Below, one piece after another: positions 1-8,862 of a stretch of DNA of 48,088 nucleotides (position 1 is its first letter; each line of letters begins with the position of its first letter). The stretch is taken from contig JBKPSV010000031.1 in assembly GCA_046735215.1 (NCBI GenBank), positions 1 to 48,088 of the forward strand. The letters run 5' to 3'. The notes under the pieces were generated by a model, which did no database searches, was not told where the DNA came from, and worked only from the letters and a program-made list of their open reading frames with translations. A program made the translations under genes and the position numbers. This stretch comes from Pseudomonadota bacterium (GTDB lineage Bacteria; Pseudomonadota; Alphaproteobacteria; Acetobacterales; Acetobacteraceae).

Positions 1-152
1 CACCAGCGCACTGCAAGCAGCACCGCCGCAATCGAAATTGCGGTGATCGCCGCCAGCGCCGGGCCAGGCGCAATCTGCCGCATCAACGCCAGGACAACCA
101 AAGTGACGACCGGGACCCCGGCGACAAGTGCCGCCGTCCCCAGCACGCGCAT
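1..152 (-). CDS. Partial CDS (5' end only, continues off the left edge): hydrophobic N-terminus of an unidentified membrane protein
   Basis: Not in the ORF track because it is too short inside the window. The reverse strand reads ATG (152-150) then MRVLGTAALVAGVPVVTLVVLALMRQIAPGPALAAITAISIAAVLLAVRW with no stop down to position 1. The ATG lies 2 nt after the stop of the upstream TerB-like gene (155-157), suggesting the operon continues. Confidence 0.35.
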   Translation of the reverse strand, partial: MRVLGTAALVAGVPVVTLVVLALMRQIAPGPALAAITAISIAAVLLAVRW

Positions 153-154
153 GG

Positions 155-586
155 CTATTTGCTGGGGTCCACCCGCTGGTGACGCGCGCGTATCCCACGC
201 TCGATGGCGGTGGCGACCAGCGGATCGAGGTGCAGCTCGGTCCGCACGAAATCCAGCATCTCCAGGGTCCGCTGCCTGGCCACCTGGCTCGCGGCCACAA
301 CTTCACAGGCGAGCACATAGGCGGTTTCGCGCAGCCGCGGCTCCAGCGCATTGCGGATCATTCGCGCCGCGTGCTGCAGCCCGTCATCCTCGTTCAGCAG
401 CTTCACCGCGGCATTCGTGGCGGTGTCGAGCTGCTCCGAGGTGAAGTCGTGAAACGCCGGCAGCGTCTGCACGATGCCCGACATGACGCCGATTTCGCGG
501 TCGCTCATGCCGCCGTCGGCGGCGGCGACCAGCACCATCGTCAGGACCAGTGCCTCCGGCGCCGCCAGGCCTTCTCGCGCACGCAT
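155..586 (-). CDS. TerB-family (tellurite-resistance TerB-like) protein
   Basis: 143-aa ORF. The pattern LVLTMVLVAAADGGMSDREIGVM...TAYVLACEVVAASQ matches the all-helical TerB-like fold, whose signature is AADG followed by x-hydrophobic-x2-E. It sits downstream of, and co-directional with, the helicase gene. Confidence 0.6.
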   Translation of the reverse strand: MRAREGLAAPEALVLTMVLVAAADGGMSDREIGVMSGIVQTLPAFHDFTSEQLDTATNAAVKLLNEDDGLQHAARMIRNALEPRLRETAYVLACEVVAASQVARQRTLEMLDFVRTELHLDPLVATAIERGIRARHQRVDPSK

Positions 587-638
587 CGTCAGACTCCCAG
601 CTTATCTTCTGCGAACCTGATGGAACCGCTCCTTCAGT

Positions 639-3443
639 TCAAGCCGCCAGCGACTCGCCGAGAAATGCGCGCGTTTGTTTGACCGCCTCGGCCAGACCGA
701 CCCGGCGCACGGTCACGCCGGCGGGAAATGCCGAAAGCAGCCGTGACGGGGTCTGGCGGTCCAGCAGCACGAACACGCCGCGATCGGTGGCGCGACGGAT
801 CAGCCGCCCGAAGGCCTGGCGCAGGCGAAGCCTGGCGATGCGGTCGTCATACGCCTTGGGGTCACCGACCGACAGGTGAATGCGCCGCTCGCGGTGCAGG
901 ATATCGGGGCGCGCCCAGGGCACCTTTTCGAAGACGACGAGTCGCAGTGCGCGGCCGGGTACGTCCACCCCATCGCGCATCGCGTCCGTGCCGAGCAGGC
1001 AGCTCTCTTCCTCGGTGCGAAAAATGTCCACCAGCGTGGCATTGCCCATCGCATCGACGTGCTGAGCATAGAGTGAGAGGCCAGCCTGCTCCAGGTCGGG
1101 GGCGATGCGGGCATGCACCGCCTGAAGCCGACGAATGGCGGTAAACAGGCCGAGTGCACCGCCGCCTGCGGCGACAAACAGCGTACGATACGCGGCCGCC
1201 AGCTGGGCGATGTCGCCGGCATGGACATCTGTGACGATGAAGGCGCGCGTCTGGGTCCCATAGTCGAACGGGCTCGCGACAGCGGCACGGATCGCCGGCG
1301 ACGGCAGGTGCGGCGCACCAACCCGTGCTTCTGCCGATTCCCAGGCGGTTTCCGGGTCAACGTCCCCCGCATCGCGAAGCGTGGCGGAGGTGACCAGGAC
1401 CCCCTGCGCCGGCGCCGCCAGGGTTGCCGCGAATGGGATCGTCGGATCGAGCCAATGACGATGCAGCCCAACGTCGATTTCGCGGCCGCCCTCACCTCGC
1501 GCCAGATGCAGAAACAGGATCTGATCCGGCCGTTCGGCGGCCCCCGGCCGCGGTTCGCTCAGTGCATGCAGCATGTTCTGCCAGGCCGATAGCGGCGACA
1601 GGACGCGGCGATTGAGCGAGCGGCCGGCCGCTTCGATGCGGTTGCGGGTGGCAGCATCCATGTCGTCCGCCTCTTCGTCGAGCCGGCCAAGCAGGCGTTC
1701 GCGCAGCGTGGCAACCGGCTCGGCAAGGCGTGCCAGAGCGCGCGCAAGGCGGTCAGCCGCCTCGCCGACACCCGGACCAAGTGGGAGCAGGTCGCATTCC
1801 AATGCGCCCCGGCCGACTTCGTCGCCTGGCGCGCGGGCCAGCACCTGATGACGGATCTGCCGGAGAAAGGCTTCTGTCGGATTGGGTCGTCCCGGCTCGG
1901 TGCCGCCGAGTTCCGGATGCTCGATGCTGATGCGACCGCCCCATCCTGGTGCCGGCAACGCGCGGGCGGCCTGGAGCGCAGCATCCAGCGGCGCTTCGAG
2001 CAGCGGTCGCGCGGCGACCAATTCCTCCAGCCGCCGTCGCAGCCCTCGTGCCCGGGAACGGCCGCCTTCGGCACCCAGCAGCCAACGGCGCAGTTCCGCA
2101 GTCTCCAACCCCGAGAGTTCGGCGGAGAAAGCACCGTCGGCGGCATCGAACACGTGATGGCCTTCGTCGAATACGTAGCGGCTCGGCACGAGGCTGTCGT
2201 CCAGTCCACCCCAGGCCGCCTGAGTCATCACCAGCGCATGATTCGCGACGACGAGCTGGGCCGTGCGAGCGCGCCGGATCGTGTGCTCGACGAAGCAGCG
2301 CCGCCAGTGCGGGCAGGCGGCATGAATACATTCGCCACGGCGGTCGGCCAGGCCGAGGATCGTACTGGCCCCGAACAGTTCGGCAAGCCATCCGGGCAGA
2401 TCGCCACCTTGGATATCGCCATCGTCGGTGACCAAGGCCCAGCGCGCGATCAGTGCGAGCGGGATCAGCGCCGCGGGGGACAGTCCGGAGACCGCCGGCG
2501 CGACCGCGTCCTCCAGGTTCAGCAGGCAGAGATAGTTCTCTCGGCCCTTGCGGACGACCACACGCTTGTGGCGCTCGATCGGATCGGGGAACAGGTGCGT
2601 CAGTTCAGCGTCGATCTGGCGCTGCAGGTGGCGGGTGAACGTGCTGATCCACACCCCGCCATGGTTCTTCTCCGCCCACAGGCTGGCCGGCGCGAGGTAG
2701 CCGAGTGTCTTGCCCGTGCCGGTGCCGGCTTCGGCCAGGACGAGATGCGGATCGCCCCGGCTCTCGCGTGGCGCGAATGCGGCCGCGGCGGCGCCCGCAT
2801 AGTCGGACTGGCCGGGACGTGTCTCGGCATGCGGACCGAGCATTGCAGCAAGCCGCGATCGCGCCTCGGCTTCCGCCACCGGCAGTGAGGATGGCGGCGG
2901 GGGTGGCGCGGTCTCTTCCCATTCCGGCAGCAGCTTCCAGACCCGTAGCGGCTCGCTGGATGGCCGGGCATCGGGACGATCCAGCGCCGCCACAACCGAC
3001 GGCGCCCAGCCCCAGCCAGCCTGCCCCATGCGCGCCGCCAGCCCTGCCGCTTCGCGGTTCAGCACAGTGTGGCGGCCCTGCGCCAGCCGATGCAGCAGGG
3101 CAGCGGCGATCTCCGGCAGCAACGCCGCCTCGGCCTCGAGACCTGAACGCGGCTCGTAGTCGAGCGACATGGCGAGTCCACGTGGCGTCGGCGCTGCGGC
3201 CCGCGCGGGCAGGACGAACGCAAACAGTTCGAGCAGATCGAACGCAGGACCGCCGTGCATGCCGAGACGGCGGAACGTCGCCGGCCCATGTACCAGCAGC
3301 GGTGGCGGCAAGTTGCGAAGACGCGCCGCCGCATCGGCGCTGCTCAACAGCAGCAATTCACCATCGGTGGTGAAGATGGCTGCGCGACCGTGTCCCGCGA
3401 CGACGGATGGGGCGTCTGGCAGAACGATGGGTGATGCAGTCAC
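639..3443 (-). CDS. ATP-dependent DNA helicase, DinG/XPD (Rad3) family with Fe-S cluster domain
   Basis: 934-aa ORF. Walker A is AEAGTGTGKTLGYL and the DEAH-type box is VFDEGHH. Four Cys are spaced as in XPD/DinG Fe-S domains (ENYLC, GEC, HAAC, WRRC). The C-terminal helicase_C_2-like region contains GTDAMRDGVDVPG and VVFEKVPW. The N-terminal extension of about 230 aa is unassigned. Confidence 0.85.
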   Translation of the reverse strand: MTASPIVLPDAPSVVAGHGRAAIFTTDGELLLLSSADAAARLRNLPPPLLVHGPATFRRLGMHGGPAFDLLELFAFVLPARAAAPTPRGLAMSLDYEPRSGLEAEAALLPEIAAALLHRLAQGRHTVLNREAAGLAARMGQAGWGWAPSVVAALDRPDARPSSEPLRVWKLLPEWEETAPPPPPSSLPVAEAEARSRLAAMLGPHAETRPGQSDYAGAAAAAFAPRESRGDPHLVLAEAGTGTGKTLGYLAPASLWAEKNHGGVWISTFTRHLQRQIDAELTHLFPDPIERHKRVVVRKGRENYLCLLNLEDAVAPAVSGLSPAALIPLALIARWALVTDDGDIQGGDLPGWLAELFGASTILGLADRRGECIHAACPHWRRCFVEHTIRRARTAQLVVANHALVMTQAAWGGLDDSLVPSRYVFDEGHHVFDAADGAFSAELSGLETAELRRWLLGAEGGRSRARGLRRRLEELVAARPLLEAPLDAALQAARALPAPGWGGRISIEHPELGGTEPGRPNPTEAFLRQIRHQVLARAPGDEVGRGALECDLLPLGPGVGEAADRLARALARLAEPVATLRERLLGRLDEEADDMDAATRNRIEAAGRSLNRRVLSPLSAWQNMLHALSEPRPGAAERPDQILFLHLARGEGGREIDVGLHRHWLDPTIPFAATLAAPAQGVLVTSATLRDAGDVDPETAWESAEARVGAPHLPSPAIRAAVASPFDYGTQTRAFIVTDVHAGDIAQLAAAYRTLFVAAGGGALGLFTAIRRLQAVHARIAPDLEQAGLSLYAQHVDAMGNATLVDIFRTEEESCLLGTDAMRDGVDVPGRALRLVVFEKVPWARPDILHRERRIHLSVGDPKAYDDRIARLRLRQAFGRLIRRATDRGVFVLLDRQTPSRLLSAFPAGVTVRRVGLAEAVKQTRAFLGESLAA

Positions 3444-3554
3444 TGGTTATGGGTACAGCAGATAGCGGTGCCGAAGAAGAGAGGTTGGTATCTAACCGAC
3501 TTGCAATGACCGTTGCGATTGACCCGGCACCCCGCGGTTTCTAGCTTTCGGCCA

Positions 3555-5132
3555 ATGTCCGCAATTGTTCGCAACAACGAAACGGCGCAGCCCAAAATTT
3601 GGCCGTATGAAGAGGCTGCCAAGGTCGCGCGCCGGCTGGCCGCCATGGGCAAAGACAGCGCGCTGTTCGAGACCGGCTACGGCCCGTCAGGCCTGCCCCA
3701 TATCGGCACATTCGGCGAAGTGGCGCGCACCACCTGGGTGCGCAACGCGTTCCACGCGCTGACCGGTCTGCCGTCGCGGCTGATCGCGTTCAGCGACGAC
3801 ATGGACGGGCTGCGCAAGGTGCCGGACAATGTGCCGAACCGTGACCTGCTGGCGCAGCATCTGGGCAAGCCGCTCACACGCATCCCCGACCCATTCGGTT
3901 CGCACGAGAGTTTCGGCGCGCACAACAATGCAAGGCTCCGCGCGTTCCTGGACTCCTTCGGATTCGATTACGAGTTCGCCTCATCGACCGAGTATTACGC
4001 CCGCGGCACGTTCGACGCAGCGCTGATCCGGGTGCTGGAGTGCTACGATGAGGTGATGGCAGTCATCCTGCCGACCTTGGGGTCGGAGCGGCGCGCGACG
4101 TACTCGCCGATCCTGCCGATCCACCCGCGCACCGGGCAGGTGATGCAGGTGCCGATGGAACAGCGCAATCCTTCCGCGGGCACGGTGGTATGGCGCGATC
4201 CAGACTCTGGCGCACCCTTCGAAACCTCGGTGAAAGGCGGTGGCTGCAAGCTGCAGTGGAAGGCGGACTGGGCGATGCGCTGGTACGCACTCGGCGTCGA
4301 TTACGAGATGTCGGGCAAGGACCTGATCGACTCGGTGCGCCTGTCCGGACGTATCTGCCGTATTCTGGGCGCCCAGCCGCCCGAAGGTTTCACCTACGAA
4401 CTGTTCCTTGACGAAGGCGCGCAGAAGATCAGCAAGTCGAAGGGCAATGGCCTGTCAGTCGAGGAGTGGTTGCGCTATGCGCCGCCTGAGAGCCTGTCGC
4501 AGTTCATGTTCAATGCGCCGCACCGCGCCAAGCGGCTGTATTTCGACGTGATCCCGCGTGCGGCAGATGAATACCTTGCGAATGCGGCCAGGCTGCAGCC
4601 TGACGATACGCTGAACCCGGCCTGGCACATCCACGCCGGACGGCTGCCGAATCACAGCGGCAGCCCGGTGTCGTTTGGTATGCTGCTGAACCTCGCGTCA
4701 GTGGTGAACGCGGACACGCCGGCCATACTGTGGGGCTTCATCCGCCGCTACAGCCCCAATGCATCGCCTGAAACGATGCCTTTTCTTGACCGATTGGTCG
4801 AACACGCGATCGCTTACTATCGTGACTTCGTGCGGCCGCGAAAGCGCTATCGCCAACCTAACGAAGTCGAACGGATAGCGCTGGCGGACCTGGCGGAGAC
4901 GCTGAAGGGCCTCGATCATGAGGCCGATGCAGAGGCAATCCAGACTATCGTCTATGAGGTTGGCAAGCGACATCCGTTCCCGGAGTTGCGGGCGTGGTTC
5001 GGCTGTCTGTACCAGGTGCTTCTGGGCCAGGAGGAAGGCCCCCGGTTCGGCGGGTTTGTCGCGCTGTACGGCGTCGACGAGACGGTGGCACTGATCGAGG
5101 CCGCGTTGTCACGCCCGGCCGACGCTGCCTGA
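3555..5132 (+). CDS. lysK: Lysine--tRNA ligase, class I
   Basis: The ORF track gives 3513..5132; the likely start is the ATG at 3555 (MSAIVRNNE...). The class I HIGH-like motif is [10 protein letters not shown] and the KMSKS-like motif is KISKSKGNG. The length of about 525 aa is typical of bacterial class I LysRS. Confidence 0.9.
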   Translation: MSAIVRNNETAQPKIWPYEEAAKVARRLAAMGKDSALFETGYGPSGLPHIGTFGEVARTTWVRNAFHALTGLPSRLIAFSDDMDGLRKVPDNVPNRDLLAQHLGKPLTRIPDPFGSHESFGAHNNARLRAFLDSFGFDYEFASSTEYYARGTFDAALIRVLECYDEVMAVILPTLGSERRATYSPILPIHPRTGQVMQVPMEQRNPSAGTVVWRDPDSGAPFETSVKGGGCKLQWKADWAMRWYALGVDYEMSGKDLIDSVRLSGRICRILGAQPPEGFTYELFLDEGAQKISKSKGNGLSVEEWLRYAPPESLSQFMFNAPHRAKRLYFDVIPRAADEYLANAARLQPDDTLNPAWHIHAGRLPNHSGSPVSFGMLLNLASVVNADTPAILWGFIRRYSPNASPETMPFLDRLVEHAIAYYRDFVRPRKRYRQPNEVERIALADLAETLKGLDHEADAEAIQTIVYEVGKRHPFPELRAWFGCLYQVLLGQEEGPRFGGFVALYGVDETVALIEAALSRPADAA

Positions 5133-5137
5133 CAGCG

Positions 5138-7177
5138 ATGCGCGCGCAACGCCTGCGCGGTTTCGGCGCGGCCTGCATTCGGCAATTGCCGGCAACGCTG
5201 GGCGTTCTGCTACTGATCGGCGCGATCTATGTGGTGCAGAAGGAATTCCGCCACCTTCGACTGCGCGACATCGAGGCGGCGCTGGACGACTACCCGGTGC
5301 GCGCACTGGCGATCGGCTTTCTGTGGACCGTATTGTCATATGCGGTGCTGACCATCTACGACCGGCTCGGCACGATCTACGCCGGCCACAAGGTGTCGTA
5401 CGGCCGCGTCGCATTCGCGTCATTCTGCGCCTACGCGCTGTCACACAATCTTGGGTTCGCCGCCGTGTCCGGCGCGGCGGTGCGCTACCGGCTGTACGCT
5501 CACTGGGGACTGACGCCCCTGCAGATCGCCAAGACGGTGGCGTTTTGCAGCCTGACCTTTGCGCTGGGAGGGATGGTGCTGGGCGGCGCGATCCTGTTTC
5601 TGGAGCCGCGCTCTATTCCGTTCTTCGGCGAGCACCTGCCAAACGTGGCCATGTATGCAGTCGGTGCGATGCTGTGGGGCATCGTCATCGCCTACGTCAC
5701 GCTGTCGCGCATTCTGGGCAGCGTACGGCTGTTCGGCTTCGAGCTCGTGCTGCCCGGTTGGCGAATGGCGGTGCTGCAGGTGGTGCTCGCGACGGTCGAC
5801 GTAGCGATCACGGCATCGATCTTCTATGCGCTGCTGCCGCCGACCCCGAACCTTACCTGGGTGATCTTCCTTGGGGTCTATGTCGCGTCCTACACGGCGG
5901 GCTTGGCCGCCAACCTGCCGGGCGGCATTGGTGTGTTCGATACCGCCATGCTGCTTGGGCTGGAACCCTACCTGAGCGCACCGCAGATCGTCGGGGCGAT
6001 CGTGGTGTTTCGGCTGTACTACTATATCATCCCGTTGTTCCTCGCCGGCTTCCTGTTCACCGGCAACGAGTTGTTGCTGCGCGGTGGATCGCTGCTGCGA
6101 CGCTGGGAGAGGCTGGGGACGCTGGCGCGGTGGAGCGAGCCCGATTTTGCCGTCGCCAGCGCGACCGGGCTGGTCGCGCTATGCGGCGTGCTGCTGCTGT
6201 GCGTCGGGGTGCTGGCGCCGCAGTCCGACTTTTTTTGGATCGATCCCGATTTCGCCGATATGGCCAGTCAGGCCGGGCAGTTCATCCCCTCGCTGATCGG
6301 GGCTGGGTTGATCGTGGTCGCCCTTGGCCTGTCGCAGCGGGTCAATCTGGCCTGGGGTGCGACGCTCTTTTTGCTGGTGCTCGGCGCCGCATTCACCGCC
6401 ACGCAGGCGCAGCGACTGTGGATCGTCGGCGTGCTGGTGGTGGTCGCCATACTGGTGGCGCCGCTGCGACGAAGCTTCTATCGCCACGCCAGCCTGTTGA
6501 GCGGTCCGCTCGATGCGTCGAGTGCCATCCCGCTGTTCACGCTGGTCATCTGCCTGCTGGCCTTGGCAGGTACGCGGCCTCGCGTGCACCTGCTGTCCAA
6601 CAATGCCTGGTGGGCGGTGGTGATGTCGCGCGATCTGCCGCACTCGCTACGGGTGACGGTGGCACTGGCCGTGGCGCTGGCGCTGATCGCCATCTGGCGG
6701 CTGCTGCGTCCGGGAAAGGTCCGTTGGCTCCCATGGGACGCGGCGGCACGGCAGCAACTTGCACGCCTGGGAGGCGTGATCCCCCCGGCAAGGGCCGATG
6801 GAGTTGTGCTGGGCGAGGCAGAGCGCGCCGGCATCCCGTTTCGGCGCTTCGGACGCGTGCTGCTGGCCATCGGCGACCCGGTGGGAGCAGAGGCGGACCG
6901 AGTATCGGCGATCTGGCGATTGCGCGACCTGGCGCAACAAGAGGGTCTCGATCCGGCGTTCTGGCGCGCAGGGCCGGGACTGCTGAAGGTGTATGGTGAT
7001 CTGGGCCTTACCGCGCTGCCACTGGGACTGGACGGACTGCCGTTGCCGGAGACCTCCGGAGAGACACCGCAAGCGACGCAATACCTGGTCTGTGTCGCCG
7101 AGCGGGATCTCAACACGCTGCTGCCATTGCTGCCACAGCTGGCGACGAACCAGGACATAGTGCCGGCGGCCGCTTAG
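5138..7177 (+). CDS. mprF: MprF-type lysylphosphatidylglycerol flippase/synthase homolog with a truncated C-terminal synthase domain
   Basis: The ORF track gives 4994..7177; the likely start is the ATG at 5138, 5 nt after the lysK stop. The N-terminus (LSYAVLTIYDRLGTIYAGHKVSYGRVAFASFCAYALSHNLGFAAVSGAAVRYRLYAHWGLTPLQIAKTVAFCSLTF) is the conserved LPG_synthase_TM signature and is followed by further TM helices. Only about 120 aa of cytoplasmic domain follow the last TM (LLAIGDPVGAEADRVSAIWRLRDLAQQEG...). Full-length MprF proteins carry about 300 aa there. Confidence 0.75.
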   Translation: MRAQRLRGFGAACIRQLPATLGVLLLIGAIYVVQKEFRHLRLRDIEAALDDYPVRALAIGFLWTVLSYAVLTIYDRLGTIYAGHKVSYGRVAFASFCAYALSHNLGFAAVSGAAVRYRLYAHWGLTPLQIAKTVAFCSLTFALGGMVLGGAILFLEPRSIPFFGEHLPNVAMYAVGAMLWGIVIAYVTLSRILGSVRLFGFELVLPGWRMAVLQVVLATVDVAITASIFYALLPPTPNLTWVIFLGVYVASYTAGLAANLPGGIGVFDTAMLLGLEPYLSAPQIVGAIVVFRLYYYIIPLFLAGFLFTGNELLLRGGSLLRRWERLGTLARWSEPDFAVASATGLVALCGVLLLCVGVLAPQSDFFWIDPDFADMASQAGQFIPSLIGAGLIVVALGLSQRVNLAWGATLFLLVLGAAFTATQAQRLWIVGVLVVVAILVAPLRRSFYRHASLLSGPLDASSAIPLFTLVICLLALAGTRPRVHLLSNNAWWAVVMSRDLPHSLRVTVALAVALALIAIWRLLRPGKVRWLPWDAAARQQLARLGGVIPPARADGVVLGEAERAGIPFRRFGRVLLAIGDPVGAEADRVSAIWRLRDLAQQEGLDPAFWRAGPGLLKVYGDLGLTALPLGLDGLPLPETSGETPQATQYLVCVAERDLNTLLPLLPQLATNQDIVPAAA

Positions 7178-7321
7178 TGCCGAACGGTCTTTGATCAGAT
7201 CGATCCCAACTTCGACTTCGAATTGGAGGAACGCAGGCGCGCGGAGACGCGCCGCCAGTCTTGCTTGGCGGTCGAGCACTTGAGCGGCTATCTCAGCCGC
7301 CAGCAGGCGACCGAGACCCCA
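7178..7321 (+). other. Start-less 48-codon open stretch, in frame with mprF beyond its TAG stop and abutting the next gene; possible gene remnant
   Basis: It reads CRTVFDQIDPNFDFELEERRRAETRRQSCLAVEHLSGYLSRQQATETP and has no ATG or GTG start. It is in the same frame as mprF (stop TAG 7175-7177). Its own TAG (7322-7324) directly abuts the ATG of the flippase gene (TAGATG). Confidence 0.3.
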
Positions 7322-7324
7322 TAG

Positions 7325-8557
7325 ATGCGGGACAAATTCATTCGCCTGTTTTGGCTCATGACGGATCAGGGCGTTTTCGCACTGAGCAATTTCGCGCTGA
7401 ACGTGCAGTTCGCCCGCTGGCTTTCTCCGCATGAATACGGACTGTTCGCGATCAGCTTCACCGGTTTCGTGCTCCTCTCGGTCGTGCACTACGGATGTCT
7501 CTTGGAGCCGCTCTTGGTGCTCTCGGCGCAAGTGGACGTTGGCCGCCGAGGTTCCTATCTGATGGCGCTGGTGCGACTTCACCTGTTGTTGCTTGGCTCT
7601 GCCGTTGTTCTTTGCTCACTGGCGCTGATCAGCGCACGGAGCCTCGGGTCGATGGAAATCGGTTGGCTTATCGTCGGGGCGGGTATTGGGGGCTCGGCGA
7701 ACCTGACACTGCTCACGGCCCGCCGGCTATGCCTGATTTTCCTCAGCACGCGAATGTCAGCGCTGATAGGCACCATCTATTTCCTCGGTGTGATCGTAAC
7801 AGGCTATATCAGCATTCAGCTTTGGACCGTCTCTTGGTTTACCATCTGGGAGATTATAGGGGGCTGGTCGCTCCTCTGCGCCGTGCTGGTCTTTGGGCTT
7901 CTGGTCGCTCGGCTGAAGGGCCGGCAACGGTTCGCTCTGTCGGAGATCCTGAAGTTTCAGGCACGATACGCGCCGTTCACTTTGATCGGTGCGCTTGGCA
8001 CCTGGGTCACCGCTGAGAGCATCATGATTTTTCTGGCGAGGATCCAAGGTCTCGACGCTGTCGCGGAAACGCGCGCGGTTTTCAATCTTGGCAGCCCGCT
8101 TGTGCAGGTTACCATCGCGATGAACGCGTTCTGGCTCGCGGGCTTCAGTGCACGACAGGCCCATCGCGAGCGTCACGGCATTGCAGGCGAAGCAGTGCCC
8201 TATATTGCGGTGTGTTTATTGGCGACCCTGATTACGAAGATCGCCGGTGCCCCGATGATGGATTTCTTGTATAGTGGCAAATACGTAGGAGTGGCCTGGC
8301 AATTGCCGATCTATAGCCTCGCGATCGGCATGGCCGGTCTGACGCAGGTCGTCGGCAGCTCTTTCAAGGCTGCTGGCCACCTGTTCCGGGGCAATCTCCC
8401 CCAAATCCTCTGCGGCGCAGCGACATTGCTTGTCTGCACACCGATAATGAAGCTATTTGGTCAGCCGGGCGCGATCTACGCCAACTTCATCGGAAATGCG
8501 ACCGGTCTTGGCGTTGCAGCGCTGCTGCTGGTCGGCCGGTACTCCCGGAACAGGTAA
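7325..8557 (+). CDS. Polysaccharide/oligosaccharide flippase-like membrane protein (Wzx/MOP superfamily-like)
   Basis: 410-aa ORF with roughly 12 predicted hydrophobic helices. The N-terminus (FALSNFALNVQFARWLSPHEYGLFAISF) resembles polysaccharide biosynthesis (Wzx-type) proteins. GC is clearly lower than in the flanks: 45-53% in the hand-counted lines 7741-7860. Confidence 0.55.
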   Translation: MRDKFIRLFWLMTDQGVFALSNFALNVQFARWLSPHEYGLFAISFTGFVLLSVVHYGCLLEPLLVLSAQVDVGRRGSYLMALVRLHLLLLGSAVVLCSLALISARSLGSMEIGWLIVGAGIGGSANLTLLTARRLCLIFLSTRMSALIGTIYFLGVIVTGYISIQLWTVSWFTIWEIIGGWSLLCAVLVFGLLVARLKGRQRFALSEILKFQARYAPFTLIGALGTWVTAESIMIFLARIQGLDAVAETRAVFNLGSPLVQVTIAMNAFWLAGFSARQAHRERHGIAGEAVPYIAVCLLATLITKIAGAPMMDFLYSGKYVGVAWQLPIYSLAIGMAGLTQVVGSSFKAAGHLFRGNLPQILCGAATLLVCTPIMKLFGQPGAIYANFIGNATGLGVAALLLVGRYSRNR

Positions 8558-8862
8558 GTTCCCCGAGATCGCCTGCGCCGGCAGTCGAAGGCTGTCACTA
8601 CAGCACGCGAAGCATGCGAATGGCCACGACGCCGCTGACCGCACCCACGCGCGATTCCTCCGCACCAGATCTCGGTGAGTCACGCCAAATTCATCCCCAT
8701 CCTCTGCTGCGAATGAAGATCGGGAACTTTTCCCCCAAATCCGGGAATTATTGGTATCGTCAATGCGCCCCCAGGCACTTCAGACTCTGGCTGAACAACG
8801 CCCCGGGGGAGCAGACGTTGGTCTATTGGTGCAGGGACCGTAACGCCCGGGCATTCGTGTGC

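Noticed and set aside
4994-5137. N-terminal extensions proposed by the ORF track at 4994, 3513, 8614, 14414, 18110, 18669, 21405, 37975, 43860 and 44664.
   Set aside because: The extensions are Arg/Pro-rich, overlap the upstream gene or spacer and precede a clear signal peptide or conserved N-terminus. Downstream ATGs with SD-like sequences fit homolog lengths better.
8558-8862. Possible cobalamin or other riboswitch in the leader of about 300 nt upstream of the TonB-dependent receptor (GGGAA and AAATCCGGG strings).
   Set aside because: I could not find the GGUG...CCCGC.ACUG core or a B12 box (AGCCAGGAGACCUGCC-like), only scattered short matches. I also saw no convincing Fur, Irr or RirA box. 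A cmsearch with RF00174 would settle it.
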